From Isurus oxyrinchus (lineage: Eukaryota): a stretch of DNA of 64,000 bases. Under the pieces are notes generated by a model. The model ran no database searches. It had not been told where the DNA came from and saw only the letters and a program-made list of their open reading frames with translations. The position numbers and the translations under genes were made by a program. The DNA is taken from NCBI GenBank assembly GCA_026770705.1, contig JANJGN010000005.1, positions 44,020,001 through 44,084,000 on the forward strand, read 5' to 3'. This document shows positions 1 to 13,700 of this stretch, one piece after another (positions within the stretch are counted from its first letter, which is position 1; every line of letters starts with the position of its first letter).

Positions 1-289
1 TCATAAAATAATTAAAAAGTGAAGAATAATTTACTCCCAGTATGCTGTCTGTGAGAATTCTTCAATGTGCTTGGCTGTTTATCCTGCTTGATGACATCAC
101 TGCTGCTAGATCTCTTGCAGGAATGAAATAAACATGGGCAAAGGTAAAATCCACATAATAAAGGTCCTAGCTGGATCTTAGTGGGCAGCTTTCTTTGAGG
201 TCAGCAGTGAGTGCTGTTACTTCATTGCTAATCACAAAATCCGGGCTCTTGACTTTTAGCGATGAACCTTATGGGTAATTACTTATTAT

Positions 290-1275
290 GATTACAGAAT
301 CACAGAATCGCAGAATCACATAGTGCAGAAGAGGCCCTTAGGCCCATTGAGGCTGCACCGACACGTGAGAAACACCTGACCTACCTGCCTAATCCCATTT
401 ACCAGCACTTGGCCCATAGCCTTGAACGTTATGATGTGCCAAGTGTTCATCCAGGTACTTTTTAAAGGATGTGAGGCAGGCTGCCTCTACCACCCTCTTA
501 AGCAGTGCATTCCAGACAGTCACTACCCTCTGGGTAAAAAAGGTTTTCCTCTCATCCCCCTAAACCTCCTGTCCCTACCTTGAACTTATGTCCCCTTGTG
601 ACTGACCCTTCAACAAAGGGGAACAGCTGCTCCCTATCCACCCTGTCCATGCCCCTCATAATCTTGTACAGCTCGATCAGGTCGTCCTTCAGTCTTCTTT
701 GCTCCAACGAAAATAACCCAAGTCTATCCAATCTCTCTTCATAACTTAAATGTTTCATCCCAGAAAACATCCTGGTGCATCTCCTCTGTAACCCTCTAGT
801 GCAGTCACATCCTTCATATAATGTGGCGACCAGAACTGCACACAGTTCTCCAGCTGTGGCCTCACCAAGGTTCTATACAACTCCAACATGATCTCCCTCC
901 TTTTGTAATCTATGCCTCGACTGATAAAGGCAAGTGTCCCATATCCCTTTTTCACCACCCCCATGCCCAACCGCCTTCAGAGATCTATGGACACATATGC
1001 CAAGGTCCCTTTGTTCCTCAGAACTTCCTAGTGTCATGGCGTTCATTGAATACTTCCTTGTCAAATTACTCCTTCCAAAGTGTATCACCTCACACTTTTC
1101 AGGGTTAAATTCCATCTGCCACTTGTCCGCCCATTTGACCATCCCGTCTGTATCTTCCTGCAGCCCAAGACACTCAACCTCACTGTTAACCACCCAGCCA
1201 ATCTTTGTGTCATCTGCAAACCTACTCATCCTACCCCCCACATAGTCATCTATGTCATTTATATAAATGACGAAT
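290..1275 (-). mobile_element. CR1 LINE 3' fragment
   Basis: Frameshifted RT pieces (FADDTK, WQMEFNPEKC, RPQLENCVQFWSP, YEERLDRLGLFSLE); 3' tail of ATTCTGTG-like octamers at about 293-320. Confidence 0.9.
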
Positions 1276-1669
1276 AATAATAATGGACTCTTTGGGCAAA
1301 TTTGTGATGGGTAAGGAGTCATCTGAAATGACTGTTTAATGACATAATAATGCGACGTGAGCTCAGTCGAAATAATTTAAATAATTTCTGATTCATTTGG
1401 TGCATGACACTTTATGCACTGACGGCAACATATCTGTCAACGTACTCAATGGGTGAACATTTATTTTTGATAGACTATGGAAGCTCAGATCCATGAATGA
1501 TTCTCTTCATAAATACTAATGCTTGAATGACTCTATGGATAAATGCCAATTTGTGAATGATTATGATTAGATGTTCTTTGCAGAGATTTTTTTTTTTACT
1601 GAGCAGTACTGTCATGACGCACTTGATATAAAGATAACGTATCCACTGTGGTTCAAAACAAAGTTTTAC

Positions 1670-1758
1670 CTTGGCATTGACTATTTCAATGTGAACAAGT
1701 AGAGAGGCCAGCTCTAGCTCCTCACTGTAACTGTTTTTCAAAGGCACGGATCTGTAAC
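1670..1758 (-). CDS. PLCG exon: end of C2
   Basis: (G)[29 protein letters not shown]; TACAG / GTAAAA; 89 nt. Confidence 0.95.
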
Positions 1759-4700
1759 CTGTAAATAGAACAACATCTTGACATTCATCAGGGCATCACT
1801 GACAAGTAGAGGCATCAGCAGATAGGGACTAGTCCACACCAGCTCAGAAATGTACAATGCAATTTCAGTGAGCACACCTAGTATCAACACATGCACATGC
1901 ATGCATATGCATACGCACACACTCATGCACACGAAGTCACTTACAATTTGCGAAGGCAGCCTAGCATATATCCAACAATGTTGGCATATGGAGCCATAAC
2001 ATTATATAACAGTTTATGTCTAAAGGGATGCAAGGTAGTCCATAAAAGTTAAGCTTCAACTCAATTATAATATTCAGCATGGCAATATCATTTAAGCTTA
2101 AAGGATGAGATAACTGAACTCTTTGGCTTGGAGTCTAATAGGTATGAGCAATGTCTGTGAAGGTCTCAATTTCTATGGGTAAATATTCATCATAACATAA
2201 GAACATGTATGTATATGAGTGTCATCAGATCACTGTTGTAAATGTCTGCTTTAAAAGTCAAGCTTTATCTTAACAGTATCCAGAAGTGAATATACAGCCA
2301 TGATTGAATAAGATCAGAAAATTTAGGGACCGCACTTGCCTGTGGTGAGGTGTACCGTGCCAGCAGTGGGATGGTTGTCCTTGCCAAATCTTACAAAATA
2401 AGCCTCTCCCCTATGATAGCACAGGCATGCTTATTAAGGGAAAAAGTCCAGCATTGATAGATTGTATTGGCAATGAACCATGGTGGTATTGGGATTTAAT
2501 GGTAAGAAGCTATGACGCTATCAAAGAAATTTTATGAATAAATTTTAACTGTATTTCAAGCAGATGATCTGTGTGAGATGTCCCTTCAATATAGAGATCC
2601 ATCCACCACCACATGTTGTTGAGATCTGATGTATATAACTTGTGAAAGGGTACATAAATTGTGAGAAACTAGGAATGGTGGAGGTACAAAGAAACTTGGA
2701 AGTCTGAGTTCACAAATAATTAAAAGCTAGTGCACAGGAACAAAGGGAAATCAAAAAAGCTAATAGAATTTTGATCTTTATCTCAAAGGGGAGGAAGCAA
2801 TGCTTCAACAACACCAATTTGCATTTATCTAGCACCTAAAATATTTCAAATTTCTCCCCAGGAGCATTATCAAACAAAATTAGACACTGAACCAGATAAG
2901 GGGATGTTAGAACAGGCGATGCAAAATCTTGTTAAAAGATGGAGGTTTTAAAGAGTGTCTTAAAGGAAAAGAGAAAGTAAAGAGGCAAAGAGGTTTAACA
3001 AGGGAATTCCAGAGCTTAGGGGCTAGGCAGCTGAAGGCACAGTCGCCAGTGTTAGAGCAATTTAAATTGTTGATGTACAAGAGGCAAGATTTGGAGGTGC
3101 AGAGAGATCTCGGAAGGTTGTAATCTTGGAGGAGGTGACAGAGATAGGCAGGGCTTTGGCCATGGGGGAATTTAAAACAAGGATGAGAATTTTAAAATCA
3201 AAGCATTGTTGGGCTGACAGCCAATGTAGGTTAGAAAGCACAGGAGTGATGTGTGAAGGGGACTTGTTGTAATTTAGGATATGTGCAGCAGGATTTTGGG
3301 TGAGCTCAAGTTCATAGAGGGTGGAAATTGGGACACCGGCCAGGTCACTGTTCAAATAATGCAGATATAGCAACAAGGATGAGGGTCTCTGCAGTAGGTG
3401 AGATGAGGCAGCGGTAGGAAACAGGTAATGTTATGGAGATGGATGTAGGCAATGTTCAGGGGGAGGGATGGAGCCTTCAGTTGTATAGACCCTTAATCTG
3501 ACTCCTTTCAGATTGGAATCAATGTTAAGCACTGCACCTCGGGTTGGATGTAGTGTTGTTGAAGGGGATACAGCACAGATTCAGTAGAATTATAACAGGG
3601 TTTATGAAGGCAGGTTGCAATATTTTGGCTTGTCTTTTCTTGAACATAGAGGATTGTGGAGCAATGTGGTTGAAATGTTTACATATTAAAAAGATTTGAA
3701 AGCGTGGAATATATAGAAATTATTTCCTCTGGGGGAATCAAGAGCAAGGAGACACAGGGCCCGATTTTGCACCAGTGGCGGGTAGCTACAGTCAGGAAAT
3801 TTCCCGATGCAGTAGACCCACCTCAGTTGAAATCGCTCTGTCATACACAATTTTCTTGGGAATGGTTGGTGCAGGATAACATTGGGCCACTGATCCTGGA
3901 AGCAGGTCCTAGGCAGTCATGGGAGGCAGGCGAGTGTTGAGGACCTGGATGAACAACTTATTATAACCACTTAGAGATGTCAAACAAGCAAAGTCAACAA
4001 TTCATTTCACTTGTCAAAACAGGTTCCCTGCTGAGCTAATACTTTTATTCTTCTGGGCTCTCAGCCAAATATGTATAATGAGGGCAGGTGCAAACCTGGG
4101 TCTCTCGGCATGCATCAGGAGTTGGCATTGAGTTTGCATGGAAAGTATAAGAGGCCATGGGACGTGAGGCGGTGTGAGAGGAGAGGCTAGAGGGGTTAAG
4201 TGCTTTTATTAAAAATGGGACAAGGTCCCAGAGAACCGAGGTGAGTCTTCTAACCAACCTTCCTCATATGAACATACAAACACTGGGCAAGAGTAGGCTA
4301 TTCTGCCCCTTGAGCCTGCTCTGCTATTTAATAAGATCATGGCTGATCTGATAGTAACCTGAAATCTGCATCCCACCTACCCCTGATAACCTATCACCCC
4401 CTTGCATACCAAGAATCTATCCACCTCTGCCTTAAAAATATTCAAGACTCTGCTTCCACCACCATTGGTAAACCTTGGTTCTCTGGGACTTTGTCCCATT
4501 TTTAATAAAAGCACTTAACCCCTCTAGCCCTCTCCTCTCACACCACCTCACCTCACCACCCATACCCCATGGCCTCTCATACCCTCCATGCAAACTCAAT
4601 GCCAACTCCTGATGCATGCCGAGAGACCCGGGTTTGCACCTTCCCTCATTATACATACTTGGCTGAGAGCCCAGAACAATAAAAGTATTAGCTCAGCAGG

Positions 4701-7700
4701 GAATCTGTTTTGACAAATGAAATTAATTGCTGACTTTGCTTGATTGACATCTCTAAGTGGTTCTTTTACGTGGACAGAGTTAAGAGTTTGAAACGTTTCA
4801 AGCCTCTGGCTGGAATTTCCCAGCCCCATTGGCATCAGGCATCATGGTGGGAGGGGGGGGTGGTTGTTGTTGGGGGGGGGTGGTGTGGTGGTCGGGGGAG
4901 TGGTGTGGTGGCGAGGGGGGTGGTGGTGGTTGTGGGGGGTGGTGGTGGTGCTGGGGGGGGTGGTGTGGTGGTGGGGGGCATGGTGTGGTGGTGGGGGGGC
5001 ATGGTGTGGTGGTGGGGGGGGTGGTGGGGGGGCATGGTGTGGGGTGGGGGGGGTGTGGGTGGTACGGGGTGGTGGGGGGGGTGGTGGGGGGAGTGGGGGG
5101 ATGGTGGGGGGGTGGTGGGGGGTGGAGCGGGTGGTTGTGGTGGACAGTATGGCGAGAAGGCCAAAAATTGGTTTAACGCCATCTTGAAACTAGTTTGCGA
5201 TTGTCTGCTCTACCCATCAATGGCAGACCGCATTTCCCACCACTGCACATCAGGAACCTAATTTCAATACTTTAGTATCTCATCATAAGCCCTGCTCGCC
5301 AGAATCATCCCCCCATGCTGGATCATTCGGGCACGTCAGCCTTCACAACTGTACATAAGCAACGTGCACCAGGCGAGCTGCACTTCGCTCGAAACTTCGG
5401 GATTTGTTTCCCGACCTTGCTTCGGGCAGCACTCGTGATCATCAGAGCAAGCCTTTTGCAGACAGCACCACATCACTTTTAGGAGGGCCCATGGATAGGT
5501 TTCTACTTACCTGACCAGCTGTAAGATGGGGGTGGCTTTTCAATGGCTAGAGGGCTGGGTCTTGCTTGGGGAAGGGGGAGAAGTGGCCTCAGGCAAGAGA
5601 AGTGGCTGCAGGGTGAGGGCTGTACCGTGGAAGCGAGGTGTCCCGGGGTGTGTGTGGTGGCACATGTTGGTCTGTGCAAGTAGCCTCAAGATAATGAGGG
5701 ATGAGGAGGCAGTCTACAGAGGAGATAAGGCCAGATAGAGATGTGGGGGTGTGTGAGAGAGAGTGAACGGTGATGTCCCTTTAGCTGGCAGTGAGTGAAA
5801 TACCAGTGAATGTGCGATGGCCTTGTGTGTGTATGAGTTTAGAGTGATAAGATGGTAACCTTACCCTAGTGGCACGGATGAGATCATTCATCCATTTTCT
5901 GCAACTCCTGTGTGTAGCTTTGGCACTGACCACCTCTGCCACTGCCTCCCAAGCCAGAGTGGTCAGACTGATGGGCCTTCTACAGCCAGAGCGGGGCTAG
6001 AGGACATTGTGGCGGGCTTCCATGGCCTCCAGAAGGCGGCCCAGGGATACGTCACTGAATTGTGGGGGGCTGCACTCTTCTTGGCTTTTGGGGCCATGTC
6101 TTCACTGGAGCACTGTTGGGCTGCAAGCATTGAGAACTGTGTGTGTGGCTGCAGTTTAAATATGGTACCCGGCATGAGGGAGCGGCGAGGTAGCGGCATG
6201 GCAGGCAAATAGGGTGCCGCCCGCCAGCGAGACAGTGTGTTTCCTGTGGCTGCCTAATTAATGAGGCAGAAATGAGATGATACGGTGTGAAAAGCTGCCA
6301 ATGCGGCCGGTGGGTAAAACATGCAATGGAACTGGCCAGGTTGGGAGTGTAGTGTGTGGGCTGGCTGCCCGCACCCTTATCTCATGCTGGCGGAAATTGC
6401 CAGCACCGGGAATGGGGGCAGGAATCCCGGAATCGGATCCCACCTGCCATTTTTAAATGGCTCCGGAGTCGTCCGAACTCCACGAAAATCCAGACCATGA
6501 CCTTAATTCTAGAGGCAGGCCACTCAGGAGCAAAACTGGGAAGCATTTTCATACAAAGCGTAGTGTAAATCTGGAACTTTCTCTGCCGTGGGTGAATGAT
6601 CTAATCACTCCTGTTCCTGATGCTCCCTGTAGTCCTCATTCAGTAGTGGGTTTGAAAATTAAATGGCAAGTCCAGATCAGTGTGTGGAAACAAAAAAGAT
6701 GTTGATCCTGATTTCCATGAGTATTGGCACTCACTGCTTGAATCTGTGGGTGATGCCAGGCCAGGGTCTCTGCCATCAATTCTCTTTCTCTGTAAATGGG
6801 TATTTCACTGGCTCCTCAGCTGATGCCATTTTATATTGGGGAGGGTGGTACAGCTGTGGTATGAGCCCTCTTAACAAGGAAGAGTCATTTTTTATAAAAA
6901 AAAACACTTGTATTGAGCTAAAACAAATTATGTTTAACGTGTTCATTTCAAAATGGTTCTTGAGAAAAAATTCAACCTGTAAATTCACTCAGATACTTAA
7001 AAGGACAGTGGCAGGCCCTTCCCAGGGTCAAGGTCTCCAGGGGAAGAAGTCCCACCCGCAGAGAGCTGCTGGCCAATCAGAGGCATACCGCTCTATTGAA
7101 CAGTCGCGTCAGTGGGAAGGCGCTGGCTGCTGCTGGAACGACACCCACCCAAGGCCTAGCATTATCGCTGGATCCTAGGCCACTGGTGCGTGCTGGCGGG
7201 AGGAAGGGGGGTTGGTGGCAATGGCAGTTCTCACCGGGCCCCCCTTTCTGAGGCTGCATCCCTCGATCAGACCTTTAAAGGGACCACCCCTCCTCCCTCA
7301 AGGAACCCACAAGCAAACATGAAAGGATTTGCTTGTCATGCCTTCCGCATGGTGAGCACCACCCCCCAACACAGTACCATTGGCGGTGGGATGAGGCACT
7401 GTAGTGAGAATTAATTACCCACTCAAGAGCCTCAACTGGCAGCAGGGTGGGAAAGCCACCCATGGTTCTTCCTGCACAGAATTAATTGCCCCAAAACTTG
7501 CCATGGGAGAGGGCATTAAATTCTGCCTATTCTCTCATCCTTCCCCACGGGGATCAGAAGAGAAGGACAACTTCTCTGAGCTAAATCCATGTTGCGCTGG
7601 ATGTGAGTGCGCTCAATGATGCACTCCCAGCACTATCATCCCTCACACTCTCACCTTATTAAAAAAAATTAAATAATATTTTTCATACTAGGTTGCTAGT

Positions 7701-10700
7701 TACCTGTTTTAAGTCCTTTTACTGGATAGGTTGCCTGGGCTAGGAAGTTGGGGTCACTGAACATGTCCTCATCATACACAATGAACTTCAAAAAGGCAAA
7801 TTCGGGATTATTGATGTCAAAGACAAATTGCTTGAAGAGCCAGACAGGATTTAACCCATTATCCGCTGGAACAAAAATAAAACATAAGCAGATGCAATGA
7901 AATAATGCTTTATATAACATTTCTTTTCTCTGTGCTTCCTTTGTTACTTCACTTTTCTTCCCTCCTCTACCTCCATCTGAGCTTCCTGTGTAGTTCCCAC
8001 AAACAGCCATTCCTTAAGACCCATTTCCAGCAAGGATAGTGATTAGGAACTGGAACCTTGGCTGATTTTCCATCCGTTTTGATGTCAGTGCTGGGCTCAG
8101 CTAACAACACAGAGCAGAGACTAAACCTGAGACCACTCTGGTCTGTATGTCTGAATTCCACACTGGACACAGAATTTACCAACTGAGTAAATAATAAATA
8201 ATCCATTAAGTAGTTTAATGTAAAAACTGACAGGACTCTTTCCAGCATTATCTTTTAATGGCTACTCTCACCTCACAAACACACCCACACATACACATAC
8301 ACGACCCCTTACTCTGAGATTATGCCATCTGATCCTAGACTCTCCCACAAGTGGAAACAACCTCTCAGCATCCACCCTGTCAAGCCCCCTAAGAATCTTA
8401 TATGTTTCAATAAGGTCACTTCTCATTCTTCTAAACTCCCACGAATACAGGCCCAACCTACTCAACCTCTCCTCATAAGAAAATCCCTCCATACTCGGGA
8501 TCAACCTGGTGAACCTTCTCTGGACTGCTTCCAGTGTCAGTATATCTTTCCTTAGGTAAGGGGACCAAAACTGTACAAGTAAAAGTATTGCTCAGGCAAC
8601 ACTAAACCATACAAAACAGAAAATCCCATGTTTGATCATTCAGTTAGCTGGGAGAGCATAAAGACATGGCTATTTGTGTCAGTGCTTTGCTCCCTGACTA
8701 GGAAGAGGAAGAATCAGATTTTCTAAACTCACAATTCTAACTGGACCCCTAAGGAATGGATCGAGTCTATGATTCTGTTGGCATGCACTGTCAAAGCTCC
8801 CAAAGGAAGAATGACAACCCAGTGAGGGACCAGAGAGCTGCCAATGCACATGGAACTGTCTGCTAGAAAACAGCCAACCTCTTGGGGAATGGACAGAAAT
8901 TGACAAAAGAAAAAATATGCATTAAATCAGAAAATGAAGTATTATAATCCCTTAGTTAATATGAGGTTATTTAGAATGATTCATTTATTAATGAGGGAGA
9001 GTCAAATGTGCGTTCTAAGTTTCTGTGAGAGCAAAATACTACGCATGCTGGAAATCTGAAATAAAAACAGAAAATGCTGGAAAAACTCAGCAGGTCTGGA
9101 AGCATCTGTGGAGAGAAAAACAGAGTTAATGTTTCGAGTCCATGTGACTCTTCTTCTGAGTCTGTATGACTCCTGAAGAAGTCATACAGATGCGAAATGT
9201 TAACTCTGTTTCTCTCTACACAGATATTGCCAGACCTGCTGAGTTTTCCCAGCATTTTCAGTTTTTATTCTAAGTTTCTATAGTGTCTATTATTAAGTGA
9301 GATTTATGCAGTGTGTGTCATCGGGTTATATTTTTTGTATATCCTCACATATTTTGTATATTCACAGGGTGGTGTATGTGGAAAATTGAATCATTACACC
9401 GTACAAAGTGCCCTTTTGAAGTTGGGATATATTCAAAGGCAAATTAAATAGTATTTTTCTTCTGAAAAGGATATTTTAGGATACAGTATATGAATAGTTT
9501 AAGACATGGCATGTAGTAAATGACTTTGGACCTCTGATTCCCAAACCTCTTCACCACTGGAGTTTTCCTCTTGTCATGTCTGGGTCTATTGTAGACTAAT
9601 TGAAAGAGATTGATTGCTATGACTAGCCAAAATCTCCATTATTGCTGTATTATGTGACTGCCCGGATGATAGAAGGTCCTTTTTCATCTCGCAATTCCTG
9701 ACGTACATCATTGGGAGCAGAATAGAAACAGCTTCATTCAGCAGACAATCCAGGCTGCACCAGAGTATTAATTAGGGTAGTGCAGAGGGGACTTCATTCT
9801 GGCCAGTCTACTGGTGCTCCGTGTACCTCACCTGGAAGTACTTAACTCAGCAGTATAAACTTTGTATCTATTCCATGCTGCACCCGCCTTTGAATACAAA
9901 TTTACCAACAGAGATCAATAGGGAGGAAATGACGTATAGATTATTGGCAAAAAGCAATCTAATGGAAGGTCAATGCCTTGAAATGTTAACCCTGCTCTCT
10001 CCATAGATGTTACCTTTTCTGCTGAGTGTTTCCAGCATTTTCTGTTTTTACTTTAGATTTCCAGCATCTGCAGTATTTAACTTTCTGTGTAGATTATTAA
10101 AGCTGTTGAAATGATTCTAATGCTGTGTCTGACTCGGACTGTGCGTGGGGACTGAGAACATTATCAGCTGATCTTCAATGTCAAGCCTCATGCGAAGGAT
10201 CCCCGACTGGTATGGCCCTTTCCCCTCCCCACAAAAAGGCTGCTGCTTTAGGGACCGAGAAGGGAGAAAAACACAGGGAGGTAAGGAAAAAATGTTGCCG
10301 GGAGCGTACAATCAGATCACCAGATCACAAAGGAAGAGTTTCACTTACCCACTACCTCTGTTTTGTATTTGCTGTTGTCGTATTCAGCTCCACATACCTC
10401 CACCTCAACAAATGGACAAACAATGCTCCTCCCATTCTTGGGCAAGTGTCGTGCTCCCAAGATCTATCAATTTAAGAGAATGAAGTCAGTAAGGACTCAC
10501 ACCCACAGCTTCTCCTCATGTATTCATTTTTAAAAGGAGTGAGGACGCTGGATTTATGTCTCTCTCTCTCTCTCTGTCACTCGAAGAACAAGGACACTTG
10601 CCACGGAGCCCATGGCAAGAGATTGCGCGTGGAGTTGTTTAATGTGGGGATGCTGACACTACCACATGGTTCTAGCTGACCAGGAAGTTGTTCCACTCTT

Positions 10701-13700
10701 ACCGCCTGCCATAGGTGTATCTGTAGGATTTACAGGTTGACAATCAACCTGCTTTGCTACACCACAAACACACCCTCTGTGGCCATCAAGTCCTGGGATG
10801 GGACTTGAACCCAGGGCTTCTCACTGTTAGCGGTGCTACCCACTGCGCCAGAAGACCTCCTATGTTGAATTGATATATCACCCTGTAAAATAGCCATTCC
10901 CAACAGCTGGCAAATCAGTAATCCAGTGGGAAACTAAGCCATTCTACTCCATGCTGGGACAGCATTAGTGTTGCCACAACTTACAGCATATCAGGGCTGA
11001 AAAAAGTTCCTCGGGGTAGTGTCCTAGGCCCTACCATCTTCAGCTGCTTCATCAATGACTTTCCTTCATAAGGTCAGATGTGGGACATTTGCTGATGATT
11101 GCACAATGTTCAGCACCATTTGCGACTCTTCAGATACTGAAGCAGTCTGTGTCCATATGCAGTAAGATCTGAACAACATCCAGGCTTAGGCTGACAACTG
11201 GCAAGTGACATTCGCATCACACAAGTGCCAGGCAATGACCATCTCCGAAAAGAGAAAATCCAACCATCGCCCTTTGACTTCAATTGCATTATTATTGCTG
11301 AATACCCCACTATCAACATCCTGAGGATTGCTATTGACCAGAAACTGAACTGGACTAGCCATATAAATACTGTGGCTACAAGAGCAGGTCAAAGGCTAGG
11401 AATTATGCGACGATTAACTTACCTCCTGACTCCCCAAAGCCTGTCCACCATCTACAATGCACAAGTCAGGAGTGTGATGGAATACTCCCCACTTTCCTGG
11501 ATGAGTGCAGCTCCAACAGCACTCAAGAAGCTTGACATCCTCCAGGACAAAGCAGCCTGTTTGATCCACAAATATTCACTCCCTCCACCACTGATGCACA
11601 GTGGCAGAAGTGTGTACCATCTACAAGATGTACTGTAGGAATTCACCATGGCTCCTTCGACAGCACCTTCCAAACCCATGACCACTACCATCTAGAAGGA
11701 CAAGGGCTGCAGATAGATGGGAACGCCACCACCTGTAAGTTCCCCTCCAAGCCACTCATCATCTTGTCTTAGAAATATATTGCTGTTCCTTCACTGTTGT
11801 TGGGTCAAAATCCTACATCTCCCTCTCTGACAGCACCATGGGTGTACCTACACCACATGGACTGCAGCAGTTCAAGAAGACAGCTCACTGCCGCCTTCTC
11901 AAGGGCAATTAGGGATGGGCAATAAATGCTAGCCTTGCCAGCGAAGCTCACATCCCATAAATGAATAAAAAAAGGGGCAAAATCAGAGTTTCATTATTCA
12001 GTGATTCCTGCTGGCACAGGATCATGGCTGAATAACCTAGTAATTACCTGGCTTTAATGAACAGCCAAAGAACCAAAGGGGAGCTGAAAAGAATTCTTTC
12101 ATGCAGCAAGTTGATATGATCTGGAATGCGTTGCCTGAAAGGGTGATGGAGGCAGATTCGATAATAACTTTCAAAAGATCTATTCTAGAAAAGGAAAAAA
12201 AAATGTAGGGCTGTGGGGAAAGAGCAGGGGTGTAGGGCTAATTGGATAACTCTTTCAAAGACCCAGAATAGGCACAATGATCCCCTGCTTTGTGAGGTAG
12301 ATGGAGAATAGCTGAAGCCTAGGAAGCTAAACAATGAAGCCTTTATCGTTAAGCGAGACGGGGAGAACAAGAATCCACCTTGTTGCCTCAGTAATAAAAA
12401 TATGGGCAGAATCTTCAGGTCAGCAAACACGGTTGCTAACACGGAGAATGATGCGTGGTGACGTCGGGTGTGTGTCCTGACGTCAGCGCGCGTTATTCAC
12501 ATATTCAGTTCGGCGGGCGTGCACCGGAGTCAGCCACGTGCCACCGAGCTGTCAAAGGCCTATTAAGGCCATTTAAATTCCAATTGAAATAATAAACTGA
12601 GCTGCCCGTCCACCTTAAAGTTGGCGGGCTGGCAAAGAGCCCAGGCGGCCTTCGCATTTATCATGAAATCTCATCCACGGGCAGGATGTGGTTTCATGAA
12701 GGTTTTAAAACATTAATAACATTTTTTAATACAATTCATAGATATGTCCCATCTCATGTGGCACTGTCACATGAGGGACATGTCTTTAAATTTTTTTTTC
12801 CTTTGTTAAAATTTTTAAAAATCAAAGTAATCTCCCTGAGGCAGCTCTGTGACCTCAGGGAGATTTCTGCACTCTTTCGCACACATGCGCATGCATGAAA
12901 GAGCATAGGCCATGACTCAGCCTACTCTCCCCCCACCCCTCCCACCCCCGTCCGCACAGGGAGTGCTCCGCACTTCCAAGTGTGCGTCATGCTGGGCAGG
13001 CCTTAATTGGCCCACCCACTTAAAATGGTGGCACGCAGCCAATCATGGATGGCTGCGCGCCCGCCTGCGCCCGCCCAACCTCCCTGACGGGGAGAAAATT
13101 TCTCCCCTCCCCTATGGTCAGATTCCAATTCCTGGTATTAATTGCTGTGAAACAACTGTTGTCATGATTGTGTGCATTGCATGTAACAGTGCAGCGGTGA
13201 GGTGTCGCGAGCACAAGCTAAACTCAGATTCATCCCTGAGCCTCTCTCTGTGTGTACCTGTCACTGAATAGTGACCAACCATGTCAACCCGTGCTCTCAG
13301 AGACCCCCAGGACAAGAATCCAGCCCAACTGGTCCTTCAGGAGGAGTGGGCAGGAAACTGAAGTGTAGAGGGAGAGAAGTCTCATGCAGCGCTGCAAGTA
13401 TAGCAGCGCATTGGAAATACAAACTGGTGCATCACGCAAAGCTGTCAGATATCACTGACTATGGCTTGCTACTACATTAAGGTACCCATAGCAACTTCAG
13501 CCATTTTGTTGTGTTGAGGCATCGGGAAATCAGTCACATACATCTCCTAACATTTGGCTGAAGAACAGCCGAAGGGAAGGTATTGGAGAAAAATCACGTG
13601 CAATGCCTATGGAAACTTGACTAAACAAGAAAGAGTGCATGAAAAATGTACAAATATCTCCTTTCACTGGTGGTCCTATGTGCAATGAATTTGGGCAAAG

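Larger units (their letters stand above)
3758..6496. mobile_element. Composite Harbinger-like DNA transposon insertion splitting an old CR1 remnant
   Basis: Ends GGGCCCGATTTT / AAAATCCAGACC; CR1-like sequence stops at about 3756 and resumes at about 6497; contains foldback arms, a G-rich tract and a Myb-like remnant. Confidence 0.6.

Noticed and set aside
35-113. Possible next PLCG exon on the minus strand (RSSSSDVIKQDKQPSTLKNSHRQHTG)
   Set aside because: Open frame but weak splice sites (AAG acceptor, GA|GTAAAT donor) and no recognisable PLCG similarity; needs RNA-seq.
4740-5261. Gly/Val/Trp- and Pro/His-rich ORFs
   Set aside because: Artefacts of the G-rich tract lacking stop codons.
6663-7178. 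171-aa plus-strand ORF (also 18663-19181)
   Set aside because: Crosses from unique sequence into repeat-derived sequence with no domain motif or credible exon structure.
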